Positions 10,531-20,736 of a stretch of 64,000 nt of DNA are shown piece by piece. The position numbers and the translations under genes were made by a program. Within the stretch, counting starts at the first letter, position 1. The number at the start of each line of letters is the position of its first letter. The notes below the pieces were generated by a model. It was not told the DNA's origin. It saw nothing but the letters and a program-made list of their open reading frames with translations, and did no database searches. Where the stretch lies: NCBI GenBank assembly GCA_029882395.1, contig JAOUKT010000001.1:159-64158 (forward strand). Direction: 5' to 3'. Source of the DNA: Gammaproteobacteria bacterium (lineage in GTDB: Bacteria > Pseudomonadota > Gammaproteobacteria > SZUA-229).

Positions 10531-11493
10531 TTAACTGACGGTGTCGAACTCACCAAAGCTCATCAAACGCTGGTAACGGTGTTCCAATAGTTTATCCAGG
10601 CTCATTTGATCCAGATTATCAAGGCTGTCAATCAGTGCCTGCTTGATATTGCTAGCCGCCTGGTCAACATCACGATAAGCACTGCCTAATGGCTCTTCGA
10701 TCACGTGATCGATCAGATCCAGTTCTTTCAGCCGTTCTGAAGTAATACCCAGCGCTTCAGCAGCGTCTTTGGCTTTGTCTGCACTTTTCCAGAGGATAGA
10801 TGCACAGCCTTCCGGTGATATAACAGAATACGTACTGTATTCAAGCATCATCACGTTATCACCCACTCCAATCGCCAGAGCACCACCTGATCCGCCTTCG
10901 CCAATCACTGTACAAATAATAGGCGTTTTTAAATCCGCCATTACAAACAGGTTTTTTGCAATCGCTTCTGACTGGCCGCGCTCTTCTGCACCCACACCCG
11001 GATAGGCGCCTGGTGTATCAATGAATGTAATTAATGGCAGTTGAAAACGCTCCGCCATTTTCATTAAACGCATGGCTTTGCGATAGCCTTCAGGACTCGG
11101 CATGCCGAAGTTACGACGAATTTTTTCTTTGGTATCGCGGCCTTTTTGATGACCGATGATCATCACCGGGCGGCCTTCAAGGCGAGCGATGCCACCGACA
11201 ATCGCTTTATCATCGGCATAAGCCCGGTCACCGTGTAATTCCTGAAAATCGGTGAAAATCCGGTCGATATAGTCCAGCGTATAAGGACGCTGTGGATGAC
11301 GGGCCAGACGGGCGATATCCCAGGGCTTTAATTTAGAGAAAATGCTTTCACTTAAACTGCGGCATTTTTCCTGTAAACGAGAAATTTCATCACCAATGTT
11401 GACTTCATTATCATCGCCAACAAAACGTAATTCTTCAATTTTGGCTTCTAATTCTGCTATCGGTTGTTCAAAGTCGAGAAAATTTGGATTCAT
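10531..11493 (-). CDS. accA: Acetyl-CoA carboxylase carboxyltransferase subunit alpha
   Basis: 320 aa; [23 protein letters not shown]… and …[19 protein letters not shown]… are characteristic of AccA. Confidence 0.93.
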   Translation of the reverse strand: MNPNFLDFEQPIAELEAKIEELRFVGDDNEVNIGDEISRLQEKCRSLSESIFSKLKPWDIARLARHPQRPYTLDYIDRIFTDFQELHGDRAYADDKAIVGGIARLEGRPVMIIGHQKGRDTKEKIRRNFGMPSPEGYRKAMRLMKMAERFQLPLITFIDTPGAYPGVGAEERGQSEAIAKNLFVMADLKTPIICTVIGEGGSGGALAIGVGDNVMMLEYSTYSVISPEGCASILWKSADKAKDAAEALGITSERLKELDLIDHVIEEPLGSAYRDVDQAASNIKQALIDSLDNLDQMSLDKLLEHRYQRLMSFGEFDTVS

Positions 11494-11573
11494 GCTGTAA
11501 ATGTCGTTATATGTTGTTAATTGTTATAGAAATATTGGTCAATACTAACATGCGAGCTATAGCAACGCACAAA

Positions 11574-12611
11574 TTATTTAGACATATCTTTGATTTGACA
11601 CAACTCTCTTAAAACAGAGGTGGCGTAACTGCCTTTGATCAGCTCAAATTCAACGTTCAGGCATTGATCTGCTTCAAATTGCCATCGCATTTTCTCAGGC
11701 ATCAAACGCATCGCTCGCCGTTCCTGTATTAAACCGGCCTTTTCCAGCGCTGTCGCAAAATCAGCATGCCGGGCAGCCACTTGCTGTTCCAGCTGAGCCG
11801 CCGCGTCGGCTGTCATGGCTTGACCCCGGCCCCACATTGCTGCCGTTAAGTGAATGTCGGCCTGCGATAATCGCTGCTCAATAAGCGCATTGCTGAGCTC
11901 CTGAAAACAGGCCTGACTGGCTGCCAGCATATACACGTCACCGGCGATGGCTGTATGAAACGTATTATCGGCGATGCGCTGGCCAAGCATCTGATTAAAA
12001 AGCCAGGAACGCATGGCTGATAGGTAAATACCGCGTTTGAAGGGTTTCAGGCGTCTCATTTTATTGTTATTGAGCAGATCAGTTGCCCGCACCAGGTTGC
12101 CCATGGCATGGCCAAAGCGTTGCAAGCCAAAATAATTGGGCACACCTTTTGTTGCAATCAGTTCGAGTTGCCGCTGCCAGTCGGCCTGATCACCCTGTAG
12201 CTGTCGCAAGCGAATCTTAAAGCGATTAGCTTTCAATGTGCCGCGTTTGAGTTTACGGCTATGCCGGCAAATTTGTTCAATGCGAAACGCCTCATTATCC
12301 AGCTGCTGCCAGTCTGGTCCTTGCTGGCCTGGCAACTGCACACTAAACCATTGCGTCGTGACCGCATAACGGTCTTTAAGCCCCGCATAACTGACCGCCA
12401 CTTGTTTAACCTGTGCAAACTTTTCCAGAGCTGATGCTACCTGCTCGGTATTGCAACCCCGTTTTGTAATTTTCAACCAGACATGTTCACCCTCACCCGA
12501 ACACTCGACCGGCATAATTTCATCCACCTGAAAATCCTCATATTCTGTTTTCAAACAGGCGCTCAGAGGGGCTTGGGTATGCAGTAAGGGTAATTTATCG
12601 TAATCGAACAT
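11574..12611 (-). CDS. truD: tRNA pseudouridine(13) synthase TruD
   Basis: 345 aa and collinear with E. coli TruD (…VPNYFGLQRFG… catalytic-region motif). Confidence 0.88.
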   Translation of the reverse strand: MFDYDKLPLLHTQAPLSACLKTEYEDFQVDEIMPVECSGEGEHVWLKITKRGCNTEQVASALEKFAQVKQVAVSYAGLKDRYAVTTQWFSVQLPGQQGPDWQQLDNEAFRIEQICRHSRKLKRGTLKANRFKIRLRQLQGDQADWQRQLELIATKGVPNYFGLQRFGHAMGNLVRATDLLNNNKMRRLKPFKRGIYLSAMRSWLFNQMLGQRIADNTFHTAIAGDVYMLAASQACFQELSNALIEQRLSQADIHLTAAMWGRGQAMTADAAAQLEQQVAARHADFATALEKAGLIQERRAMRLMPEKMRWQFEADQCLNVEFELIKGSYATSVLRELCQIKDMSK

Positions 12612-12661
12612 CTGCTGTATTAATCTATTTCATAACGGCGGTTTGCAGTAAGATACAGGCT

Positions 12662-13276
12662 ATGAAAAACAAATCAATAGCTATCGTTTTATTGTTCAGT
12701 TTTCTGACACTGGCAGCTTGCAGTGACGAGCTTGCCCGTTTTTCCAAGCTGCCTGAAGATGCAACGATACTGGCCTTTGGTGACAGCCTGACAAATGGCA
12801 ATGGTGCTCTGCCATCGCAAAGCTACCCCTCGCGGTTACAACAGCTCAGCCAGATCAACGTCATCAATGCCGGTATTTCCGGTGAAATCAGTGCCAATGG
12901 CTTGAAGCGTTTACCCGGGCTGTTAAAACAACACCGCCCCCAGCTTGTGATAATCTGCCATGGCGGCAATGATATTTTAAGACGCCTTAATCTTCAGCAA
13001 ACCAAAGCCAATATTACTCAAATGATCGAACTGGCTAAATCTTACCGGGCCCAGGTTTTATTATTGGCCGTACCAACACCTTCTTTATTAGTCACGCCTG
13101 CAAAAATTTATGCCGAGATCGCAGAAAGCACTCAGACGGGCATAGACCATGACACCCTGTCCCTTGTATTAAAAAACAACAGGCTCAAATCCGACACCTA
13201 CCACCCTAATGCGGCCGGCTATCGTCTTATAGCCGAACGACTCTTTCAGCGTCTTTCAGAACAGGGCGCGATTTAA
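12662..13276 (+). CDS. SGNH/GDSL hydrolase lipoprotein (TesA / arylesterase / lysophospholipase L1-like)
   Basis: Lipoprotein signal LTLAACSDE, GDSL block (AFGDSLTNG), and GGND and DxxHP (TYHPNAAG) blocks typical of the SGNH family. Confidence 0.75.
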   Translation: MKNKSIAIVLLFSFLTLAACSDELARFSKLPEDATILAFGDSLTNGNGALPSQSYPSRLQQLSQINVINAGISGEISANGLKRLPGLLKQHRPQLVIICHGGNDILRRLNLQQTKANITQMIELAKSYRAQVLLLAVPTPSLLVTPAKIYAEIAESTQTGIDHDTLSLVLKNNRLKSDTYHPNAAGYRLIAERLFQRLSEQGAI

Positions 13277-13319
13277 TACTGATTGACACACTATTTAATA
13301 TCACTCAAGGCCTGCAGCA

Positions 13320-13808
13320 ATGAATTTATACATACGACTGCTTTTAATACTTTTGAAAAGCAGACTCAGACCAGCCATGCAACCGCTGGATATTTCTGTC
13401 ATAACCTTACGCGTGCTACTGACTGATCTTGATCTTAACCGGCATATGAACAATGGCCGCTTTTTGACCATAATGGATCTGGGCAGAATGGATCTGTTAA
13501 AAAGAACCGGCACCTTAAAGCTGGCAATTAAAAACAAATGGATGCCGATAGTCGGCACCGCCACCATTGATTTCCAGCGACCATTAAAACTCTGGCAAAA
13601 ATACGAACTTCACAGCCGGATTTATAGCTGGGATGATAAATGGATTTACCTTGAACAAACCTTCATCAGCAACGATAAATTGATCGCAAAAGCCAGAATC
13701 AAAGGTTTATTGCGCGGTAAAAATGGCAACATAGCGCCTCAGAGCCTTATGGAAGCCATACAACCGGGCATCAGCAGACCACTGACAGAGAATGATGGGC
13801 TATTTTAA
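13320..13808 (+). CDS. Hotdog-fold thioesterase-like protein
   Basis: 162 aa. The region LDLNRHMNNGRFLTIMDLGR…IVGTATIDFQRPL resembles the acyl-CoA thioesterase / 4HBT-like hotdog family. Assignment is by motif resemblance only. Confidence 0.5.
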   Translation: MNLYIRLLLILLKSRLRPAMQPLDISVITLRVLLTDLDLNRHMNNGRFLTIMDLGRMDLLKRTGTLKLAIKNKWMPIVGTATIDFQRPLKLWQKYELHSRIYSWDDKWIYLEQTFISNDKLIAKARIKGLLRGKNGNIAPQSLMEAIQPGISRPLTENDGLF

Positions 13809-13933
13809 AAATAGCGGGCAGCCATTAAGACAGGCTATGATCCGCCAAAGGCTGGATAATAAAAAACTTTATTTGTATCATAGACACATAGTAAATAGAT
13901 AGGCTAAAACTCATAAAATCAGGGAGTTGATTT

Positions 13934-15694
13934 TTGGTTTACTCGGTCTTAAAGCTTCTGAATTCATACCGATACATCCCCATTGTATTCATTTTCTATT
14001 TCATTATATCTGCGGTTTTCAGATTTATCATGGCCTCAGACCATCTGGCTTTAAGCAGCAATACCTTTCTCTACGGATTCAGAATGGATCTTATTATTAT
14101 CAGCCTGTTTTCACTGCTATCGCTGATATTGTTTACCTTCAACCTGCATAAAACCAATCGCATTTATCTCAGTATTATATTTACATTATTTATATTGCTG
14201 GAATTTATTAACCTGCATTTTTTTGAAGAATTTGATGCGCGACTGAATTATTTGTTTATCGAAAACCTTGTCTTTTTAAGGCAGATATTACCGATGTTTA
14301 TCAGGGAATACAGCGCCAGCATCATATCCGCATTAATCATTACGCCTTTATTATTTTATCTCTCTTTCAAAATGTCTGCGCTTTTCTTCAAAACCGAGAG
14401 TTCTATAAAACATAAAATAATGCTGTTGCCTTTTTTAATTGTTAGTCTGCTGATAAGCTCACGCGGCTCACTCGGCCACGCCGCACCCAGCCCAAGTTAT
14501 TATTCATGGTCTAACAACCACATTATCAATGAAATCAGCAACAATACTATCTTCTCATTGTTATCCTCCATCGTCTTTCACAGGGAGGACAAGCTTTATT
14601 TATATGGCACCCAACCTGAGACTATAAAAAAGCAGTTCAGGCAAACCATCCGTAGTCCGCTAAAAAACAAAAAACGCATCGTATTGACGATTATGGAATC
14701 TTTTGGTCACTCATTTGTAGGCAGCCTTGGCGGTAAAAATACGTCGCCAGAATTTGATAAATTGAGCAAAAGGGGTTTGTTTTTTTCTAATATGTACTGT
14801 TCATCAAACAGAACCAACCGCGGCATAGAAGCGATTGTAAGCTCTATCTACCCGTTTGTAGGCCGGACTTATTTAAAACTACCCGATGCCCAGCACGGTT
14901 TCTGGACAGTTGCAAAAAGCTTAAAACAAAAAGGCTATCGTACAGTATTTTTATACGGCGGCGACATCAACTTCGATAACATGCGGTCTTTTTTACTGCC
15001 CAATGGTTATGATGAAGTTATTGATGCCAGCAATATCGGTATTGATACTAAGCCGTTTTCCTGGGGCTATGCTGATGAAGATGTTTTCAACAAAGCACTC
15101 GATATTCTAAAGCACTATGAGCAACCCGTTTTCCTGACTATCCTGACATTATCCAATCATAAACCGTTTGACTTCCCGCAAGGCAGGATAACGCCGTTAG
15201 CCGGGGTCGCAGAAAAGAGTTTCGAGAACTCAATAAAATATGCTGACTGGGCCCTGGGAAAGTTCACGAAGGATTTAATCGCCGAGCAGTTGTACACTGA
15301 TTCGTTACTGGTTTTTGTTGCAGACCATAACCCCGTCGTCAGGGGGAACCGACTTGTTCCGCTTGAACACTACCGTATTCCGGCATTATTTCTTGCCGAT
15401 GACATCGAACACAAAGAAATTACAACCGTCACTCACCAGGCAGACATCTCGCCGACACTGTTAGCTGCCGCCGGCATTGAAGCGACCATTCCCGCCCAGG
15501 GTTTTAACATGCTGAATAAAGAGTTTTCCCGCGCGCTCATCATCAAAGAAAACTCATACGCTTTTATGAAAGATCAAGGCTATGTGATTTACCAGCCAGG
15601 TCTTCAGCCAGCCGGTAACAGCGCCCTGTTTAGAGAAGGACTGGATCTAATCTATAACAGTTATTATGCTTATAAAAACAAAACCCATGAATGA
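13934..15694 (+). CDS. LTA-synthase / sulfatase-family membrane transferase (OpgB/MdoB-like phosphoglycerol or phosphoethanolamine transferase family)
   Basis: 586 aa. N-terminal ~5 TM helices, then an alkaline-phosphatase-superfamily domain (TIMESFGHSF…NMYCSSNRTNRGIEAIVSS…LSNHKPF). TTG start at 13934 is preceded by AGGGAG. Confidence 0.7.
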   Translation: MVYSVLKLLNSYRYIPIVFIFYFIISAVFRFIMASDHLALSSNTFLYGFRMDLIIISLFSLLSLILFTFNLHKTNRIYLSIIFTLFILLEFINLHFFEEFDARLNYLFIENLVFLRQILPMFIREYSASIISALIITPLLFYLSFKMSALFFKTESSIKHKIMLLPFLIVSLLISSRGSLGHAAPSPSYYSWSNNHIINEISNNTIFSLLSSIVFHREDKLYLYGTQPETIKKQFRQTIRSPLKNKKRIVLTIMESFGHSFVGSLGGKNTSPEFDKLSKRGLFFSNMYCSSNRTNRGIEAIVSSIYPFVGRTYLKLPDAQHGFWTVAKSLKQKGYRTVFLYGGDINFDNMRSFLLPNGYDEVIDASNIGIDTKPFSWGYADEDVFNKALDILKHYEQPVFLTILTLSNHKPFDFPQGRITPLAGVAEKSFENSIKYADWALGKFTKDLIAEQLYTDSLLVFVADHNPVVRGNRLVPLEHYRIPALFLADDIEHKEITTVTHQADISPTLLAAAGIEATIPAQGFNMLNKEFSRALIIKENSYAFMKDQGYVIYQPGLQPAGNSALFREGLDLIYNSYYAYKNKTHE

Positions 15695-15708
15695 AAAAAT
15701 GGCTTTTT

Positions 15709-16068
15709 TTAACACGCTGACTGCAAATGGCTTAATACAAAGTCTCTGACATCATCATCAATTGATGCTGAATATTTCAAAAAAGCGTCCCTAATAGCCG
15801 GCAGATCCTGTTCGGTATTCTGAAGTAAAATTGGGCTTGCTTTATAATGTCCGACCCGGTCTTCACCGCTATCAACTCGTTCATGAATTAAGCCGGTTGA
15901 CTGTTTCCAGCTGACCGCTTTTTCCCCGGCTGATTTGTCATAACTCAATTGAAAGCCGATATATTCACCGGCCTGGTGCCAGAGTATTAAATCCATATGC
16001 TCTCCACTGAACCAGCGTCTGAGCGGCTCTCCTGCGATTTGCCGGGTGGCTTTAATTTCTTTTAGCAT
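15709..16068 (-). CDS. Hypothetical protein (119 aa), function unknown
   Basis: Clean ORF filling the gap between uvrB and the upstream cluster. No recognisable motif. Confidence 0.45.
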   Translation of the reverse strand: MLKEIKATRQIAGEPLRRWFSGEHMDLILWHQAGEYIGFQLSYDKSAGEKAVSWKQSTGLIHERVDSGEDRVGHYKASPILLQNTEQDLPAIRDAFLKYSASIDDDVRDFVLSHLQSAC

Positions 16069-16080
16069 CGGACTTTGATA

Positions 16081-18087
16081 TTACTTCAATCCCAGGATCT
16101 GAGCATTGATAGTCTGAACTTTATCCCTGACCGCGGCGGCTTCTTCAAACTCAAGATTTTTTGCATGCTCGTGCATCTGCTGCTCAAGCTTTTTCATTTC
16201 CTGCGCCAGTTGTTTTTCGGTCATATGCTGGTATTGCTGCATGGCTTCAGCCACATTTCTGTCATCCAGGCTAAAGGCTTTATGCTGATAACCGGTTTGC
16301 ATCACATCTGCCACGGCTTTTTTGATGCTGGTCGGCGTAATGCCATTGGCAAGATTAAACTCATGCTGTTTTTCACGGCGCCTGGTGGTTTCGTCAATGG
16401 CTTTTTTCATGGATTTTGTAATCTTATCGCCGTATAAAATCGCTTTACCATTGAGGTTTCTGGCCGCCCGGCCGATGGTTTGAATCAATGATCGTTCTGA
16501 TCGCAAAAAGCCTTCTTTGTCTGCATCCAAAATGGCAACCAATGAGACTTCGGGCATATCCAGGCCTTCTCTTAACAAGTTGATGCCGACCAGCACATCA
16601 AATTCTCCGAGCCTAAGGTCCCGGATAATCTCGGTACGCTCAACAGTATCGATATCTGAATGCAGATAACGCACTTTTACACCATGTTCTGCCAGGTAAT
16701 CGGTAAGATCTTCTGACATGCGCTTGGTTAAGGTTGTGATCAGTACGCGTTCATTGATCTTAGAGCGTTTATTGATTTCAGACAGCACATCATCGACCTG
16801 ACTGCCCACTGAGCGCACCTCGATTTCAGGATCAAGCAAGCCTGTTGGTCTGACAACCTGCTCAACCACATTGTCTGAATGCTCTTCTTCATAGATAGCG
16901 GGGGTTGCAGAGACATAAATAGCCTGCGGTTTTAGTCGCTCCCATTCTTCAAACTTTAAAGGCCGGTTATCCAATGCGGATAACATTCGAAAACCATAAT
17001 TGACGAGGTTTTCTTTACGCGAGCGGTCGCCTTTATACATTGCACCTAACTGGGGAACCGTGACATGACTTTCATCCACCACTAACAAGGCATTCTCGGG
17101 TAAATAATCATACAAACAAGGCGGCGCTTCACCGGGAGCACGGCTTGACAGGTAACGTGAATAGTTTTCGATACCGTTGCAGTAGCCCATTTCACGAATC
17201 ATTTCCATATCGTACTGCGTGCGCTGCTCCAGTCGCTGGGCTTCGACCAGCTTGCCCTGATCACGTAGCTCCTGAAGCCGGCCTTTGAGTTCAGCTTTAA
17301 TGTCATCAATCGCGTTGATCAGTGTGCTTCTGGGTGTGACATAGTGCGTTTTAGGGTAAATGGTCAGTCGTGAGACTTTGCGAATGACTTCGCCTGTCAG
17401 CGGATCAAAAAAACTTAACTGCTCGATTTCATCATCAAATAACTCCAGTCGAATGGCTTCTTTATCGGACTCTGCCGGAAATATATCGATGACTTCGCCG
17501 CGCACCCGGTAAGTACCCCGCGCCAGCTCAAGATCATTACGGGTATATTGCAGTTCAGCCAATCGCCTCAGTACTTCTCGCTGATCTATGATATCGCCTT
17601 TGACCATGTGCAATACCATGCTGAAGTACAACTCAGGATCACCCAGACCGTAAATCGACGAGACGGTGGCAACGATAATGACATCCTGCCTTTCCAGCAA
17701 TGCTTTGGTGGCCGAAAGTCGCATTTGTTCGATGTGCTCATTTATCGACGCATCTTTTTCTATGAATGTATCACTGGCAGCAACATAGGCTTCTGGCTGG
17801 TAGTAATCATAATAAGAGACAAAATATTCAACTGAATTTTCGGGGAAAAAATCTTTCATCTCCCCATAAAGCTGAGCCGCCAGTGTTTTATTGGGTGCCA
17901 GCAGCAGTGTTGGTCGCTGCACCTGCTCAATCACATTCGCAATGGTAAAGGTTTTACCGGAACCGGTGACACCTAATAATGTTTGCCCGGCTAGGCCATC
18001 ATTTAATCCTTCGACCAGACCTTTTATTGCTGTTGGTTGGTCGCCAGCTGGTGTATATTCGGTATGTAATTTAAAAGTTTTAGACAT
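16081..18087 (-). CDS. uvrB: Excinuclease ABC subunit B UvrB
   Basis: 668 aa; Walker [11 protein letters not shown], helicase motifs, and a C-terminal UvrC-interaction coiled coil. Confidence 0.95.
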   Translation of the reverse strand: MSKTFKLHTEYTPAGDQPTAIKGLVEGLNDGLAGQTLLGVTGSGKTFTIANVIEQVQRPTLLLAPNKTLAAQLYGEMKDFFPENSVEYFVSYYDYYQPEAYVAASDTFIEKDASINEHIEQMRLSATKALLERQDVIIVATVSSIYGLGDPELYFSMVLHMVKGDIIDQREVLRRLAELQYTRNDLELARGTYRVRGEVIDIFPAESDKEAIRLELFDDEIEQLSFFDPLTGEVIRKVSRLTIYPKTHYVTPRSTLINAIDDIKAELKGRLQELRDQGKLVEAQRLEQRTQYDMEMIREMGYCNGIENYSRYLSSRAPGEAPPCLYDYLPENALLVVDESHVTVPQLGAMYKGDRSRKENLVNYGFRMLSALDNRPLKFEEWERLKPQAIYVSATPAIYEEEHSDNVVEQVVRPTGLLDPEIEVRSVGSQVDDVLSEINKRSKINERVLITTLTKRMSEDLTDYLAEHGVKVRYLHSDIDTVERTEIIRDLRLGEFDVLVGINLLREGLDMPEVSLVAILDADKEGFLRSERSLIQTIGRAARNLNGKAILYGDKITKSMKKAIDETTRRREKQHEFNLANGITPTSIKKAVADVMQTGYQHKAFSLDDRNVAEAMQQYQHMTEKQLAQEMKKLEQQMHEHAKNLEFEEAAAVRDKVQTINAQILGLK

Positions 18088-18133
18088 TGCTCTACAATTA
18101 ACATAATTAATAAATCGACATCAGGAATTCTTA

Positions 18134-19318
18134 GTGGATACAAAAACTGCAAACCGTCTGTCTCGCGTTAAACCGTCACCTACTCTTGCTGTAACCGCTC
18201 TTGCCAATCAACTTAAAGCTGAAGGTAAAGATGTGCTTGGCCTTGCCGCGGGTGAACCGGATTTTGATACCCCTGATCATATCAAACAAGCCGCCATCGA
18301 AGCGATTGAAAATGGTTTTACAAAATACACGGCTGTTGATGGCACGCCAGGTCTGAAGCAGGCCATTATAACCAAATTCTCCAGAGATAATGGCCTAGAT
18401 TACACACCTGACCAGATTCTGGTTTCCAGCGGTGGCAAACAGAGCTTTTATAACCTGGCTCAGGCACTGCTAAATCCTGGTGACGAAGTCATCATTCCCG
18501 CGCCATACTGGGTTTCGTATCCGGACATGGTGCTGTTAGCTGATGCCGAGCCTGTCATTGTGGCGGCTGATCAGTCACAGGATTTTAAAATTAACGCCGA
18601 ACAACTGAAAGCCGCGATCACGCCGAGAACGCGCTTATTCGTTATCAACAGCCCTTCTAACCCGTCAGGAAAAGCCTATAGCCGGGCCGAGTTAAAAGCC
18701 CTGGCCGATGTATTAAAACAATACCCTGACATTATCATTGCCACTGATGATATGTACGAGCTAATGATCTGGACCGACGAGGGTTTTAATAACATTCTCA
18801 ACGTGGCCCCAGAACTCTATGACAGAACGGTTGTACTTAACGGTGTTTCAAAAGCTTATTCAATGACGGGCTGGCGCATCGGCTATGCCGGTGGTCCAGC
18901 TGATTTAATCAAGGCGATGAAAAAAATCCAGTCTCAGAGCACGTCTAATCCCTGTTCTATCTCGCAGGTTGCAGCCGAAGCCGCATTAAATGGAGATCAG
19001 ACAGCGGTCAGCACCATGAGAAACGCCTTTAAAGAACGCCATGATTATGTTGTGCGTCGACTCAATACTATTAATGGCGTCGACTGTGTTGAGAGTGATG
19101 GCACTTTTTATAGTTTCCCCAATTTTCAGGCCGCCATTGATTCACTCGATGAGGTCAAAGACGATGTCGAGCTGGCTGAGAAACTACTGGCTGATGTAGG
19201 TGTTGCACTGGTACCGGGATCCGCTTTTGGTGCACCCGGTCACCTGCGGCTTTCATTTGCCACCAGCATGGAAAACCTTGAACAGGCGTTAACGCGAATT
19301 AAATCAATATTTAATTAA
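18134..19318 (+). CDS. Aspartate/aromatic aminotransferase (class I PLP-dependent)
   Basis: 394 aa. …LAAGEPDFDTP…, PLP-lysine region …NGVSKAYSMTGWRIGY…, and typical AatA/AspB-type layout. Confidence 0.85.
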   Translation: MDTKTANRLSRVKPSPTLAVTALANQLKAEGKDVLGLAAGEPDFDTPDHIKQAAIEAIENGFTKYTAVDGTPGLKQAIITKFSRDNGLDYTPDQILVSSGGKQSFYNLAQALLNPGDEVIIPAPYWVSYPDMVLLADAEPVIVAADQSQDFKINAEQLKAAITPRTRLFVINSPSNPSGKAYSRAELKALADVLKQYPDIIIATDDMYELMIWTDEGFNNILNVAPELYDRTVVLNGVSKAYSMTGWRIGYAGGPADLIKAMKKIQSQSTSNPCSISQVAAEAALNGDQTAVSTMRNAFKERHDYVVRRLNTINGVDCVESDGTFYSFPNFQAAIDSLDEVKDDVELAEKLLADVGVALVPGSAFGAPGHLRLSFATSMENLEQALTRIKSIFN

Positions 19319-19379
19319 TTTAACTATTGACCGACCAAAGGCAAATCTATAATATAGCGCCCTCTGTTGAAGAGCATGT

Positions 19380-19455
19380 TCCCTGATAGCTCAGTTGGTA
19401 GAGCAACGGACTGTTAATCCGTTTGTCCCTGGTTCGAGTCCAGGTCGGGGAGCCA
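19380..19455 (+). tRNA. tRNA-Asn (anticodon GTT)
   Basis: 76 nt, TCCCTGATAGCTCAGTTGGTAGAGCAACGGACTGTTAATCCGTTTGTCCCTGGTTCGAGTCCAGGTCGGGGAGCCA. The cloverleaf folds (7-bp acceptor UCCCUGA/UCGGGGA, GTTCGAGTC T-loop) and the anticodon loop is CU-GUU-AA. Near-identical to E. coli tRNA-Asn. Confidence 0.9.
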
Positions 19456-19566
19456 CTTCTTTCTTCACATTATCACCGCTTAAACTTCAAATTTGCTCGC
19501 CTGACATAACTATTTTCCTCTATTGTTAAATTAATACAGCTGTCTGTATGGATTTCTGTCCATAAT

Positions 19567-20322
19567 GTGTCTAAAATGTTAACAGTATGTTTCAAAAGAC
19601 AAGGATATACCGTGCTTATAGCCATTATTGAAGATGACGCAGATCAATCGCAAATGCTATCTATCTGGCTGGAGGCCGCAGGACACGTTCCCAGTGTTTT
19701 CGGCTCAGCTGAACTTTTTCTTGAAAAAAACGCTATTGATGATTTCGATATTCTGATTCTAGACTGGGATCTGCCGGGCATGGACGGTATTGAACTGCTT
19801 CGCCTCATCCGGGAAGATAAAAAACTCAATACGACCGTGTTATTTGCCACCCGGCATGAAAGCAAAACTGACATTGTCACCGTGCTTGAAGCAGGTGCTG
19901 ATGATTACATGGTTAAACCTGTTGACCGCCGGGAGTTACTGGCCCGACTCAATACACTTAAACGACATATGTCAGCCGATGCAACGCCAGCGCCTAGCGT
20001 ACTCAGTGCCGGTGAATTCATACTCGACGACAAAGCCCACCGGCTGACGCGACACGGTGAAATTCTGGAATTAACTCCTAAAGAGTATGAACTGGTGTCT
20101 TACCTGTTCAGCAACCTCGAGCAGGTCTTATCAAGATCAGACCTGCTGTCTCACGTTTGGGGCTGCGATGCTGATATCAACACGCGCACGGTTGATACCC
20201 ATATCAGCCGAATCCGCAAGAAACTCTCGTTAACAGCTGAAAATGGCTGGAAACTTGAATCGATTTACCACTATGGTTATCGACTTGAACAGATCAAATC
20301 GGAAGAAATCGAACCCGCCTGA
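19567..20322 (+). CDS. OmpR/PhoB-family response regulator (orphan; no adjacent kinase)
   Basis: Receiver domain (IAIIEDDADQS…ILILDWDLPGMDG) plus winged-helix DNA-binding domain (…TVDTHISRIRKKL…GYRL). The true start may be the GTG near 19612 (VLIAIIEDD), which follows AAGGAT. Confidence 0.75.
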   Translation: MSKMLTVCFKRQGYTVLIAIIEDDADQSQMLSIWLEAAGHVPSVFGSAELFLEKNAIDDFDILILDWDLPGMDGIELLRLIREDKKLNTTVLFATRHESKTDIVTVLEAGADDYMVKPVDRRELLARLNTLKRHMSADATPAPSVLSAGEFILDDKAHRLTRHGEILELTPKEYELVSYLFSNLEQVLSRSDLLSHVWGCDADINTRTVDTHISRIRKKLSLTAENGWKLESIYHYGYRLEQIKSEEIEPA

Positions 20323-20401
20323 TCTAAATATTCGTGGTTTTTAATTAACCACGAATATATGTTACTCTTCACTCTCCTCTCTCAGCATTCGAACTCAAGC
20401 C

Positions 20402-20725
20402 ATGACATACGTTGTAACTGACAATTGTATTCGCTGTAAATATACTGACTGCGTTGATGTTTGCCCTGTTGACTGTTTTCACGAAGGCCCTAACTTTCTT
20501 GCGATTGATCCTGAAGAGTGTATCGACTGCACTTTGTGCGAACCCGCGTGCCCTGTTGAGGCCATCTATGCCGAGGATGATGTGCCTGAAGCGATGCAGG
20601 AGTATATCGCTTTAAATGCCGAGCTCTCACAAATCTGGCCGGTTATCAATCAAATGAAAGCACCGCCTGAGGATGCAAAAAAATGGGACGGTGTTGAGAA
20701 CAAACTCCAGTACCTTGAACGATAA
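20402..20725 (+). CDS. fdxA: 7Fe ferredoxin (Azotobacter-type FdxA)
   Basis: 107 aa; [18 protein letters not shown]…[12 protein letters not shown] cysteine pattern of the [3Fe-4S][4Fe-4S] ferredoxin I family. Confidence 0.9.
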   Translation: MTYVVTDNCIRCKYTDCVDVCPVDCFHEGPNFLAIDPEECIDCTLCEPACPVEAIYAEDDVPEAMQEYIALNAELSQIWPVINQMKAPPEDAKKWDGVENKLQYLER

Positions 20726-20736
20726 CGTTTTCTGTC

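Noticed and set aside
18088-18133. LexA (SOS) box in the uvrB promoter.
   Set aside because: No CTGT-N8-ACAG match is present in the 46-bp uvrB/aminotransferase divergent spacer.
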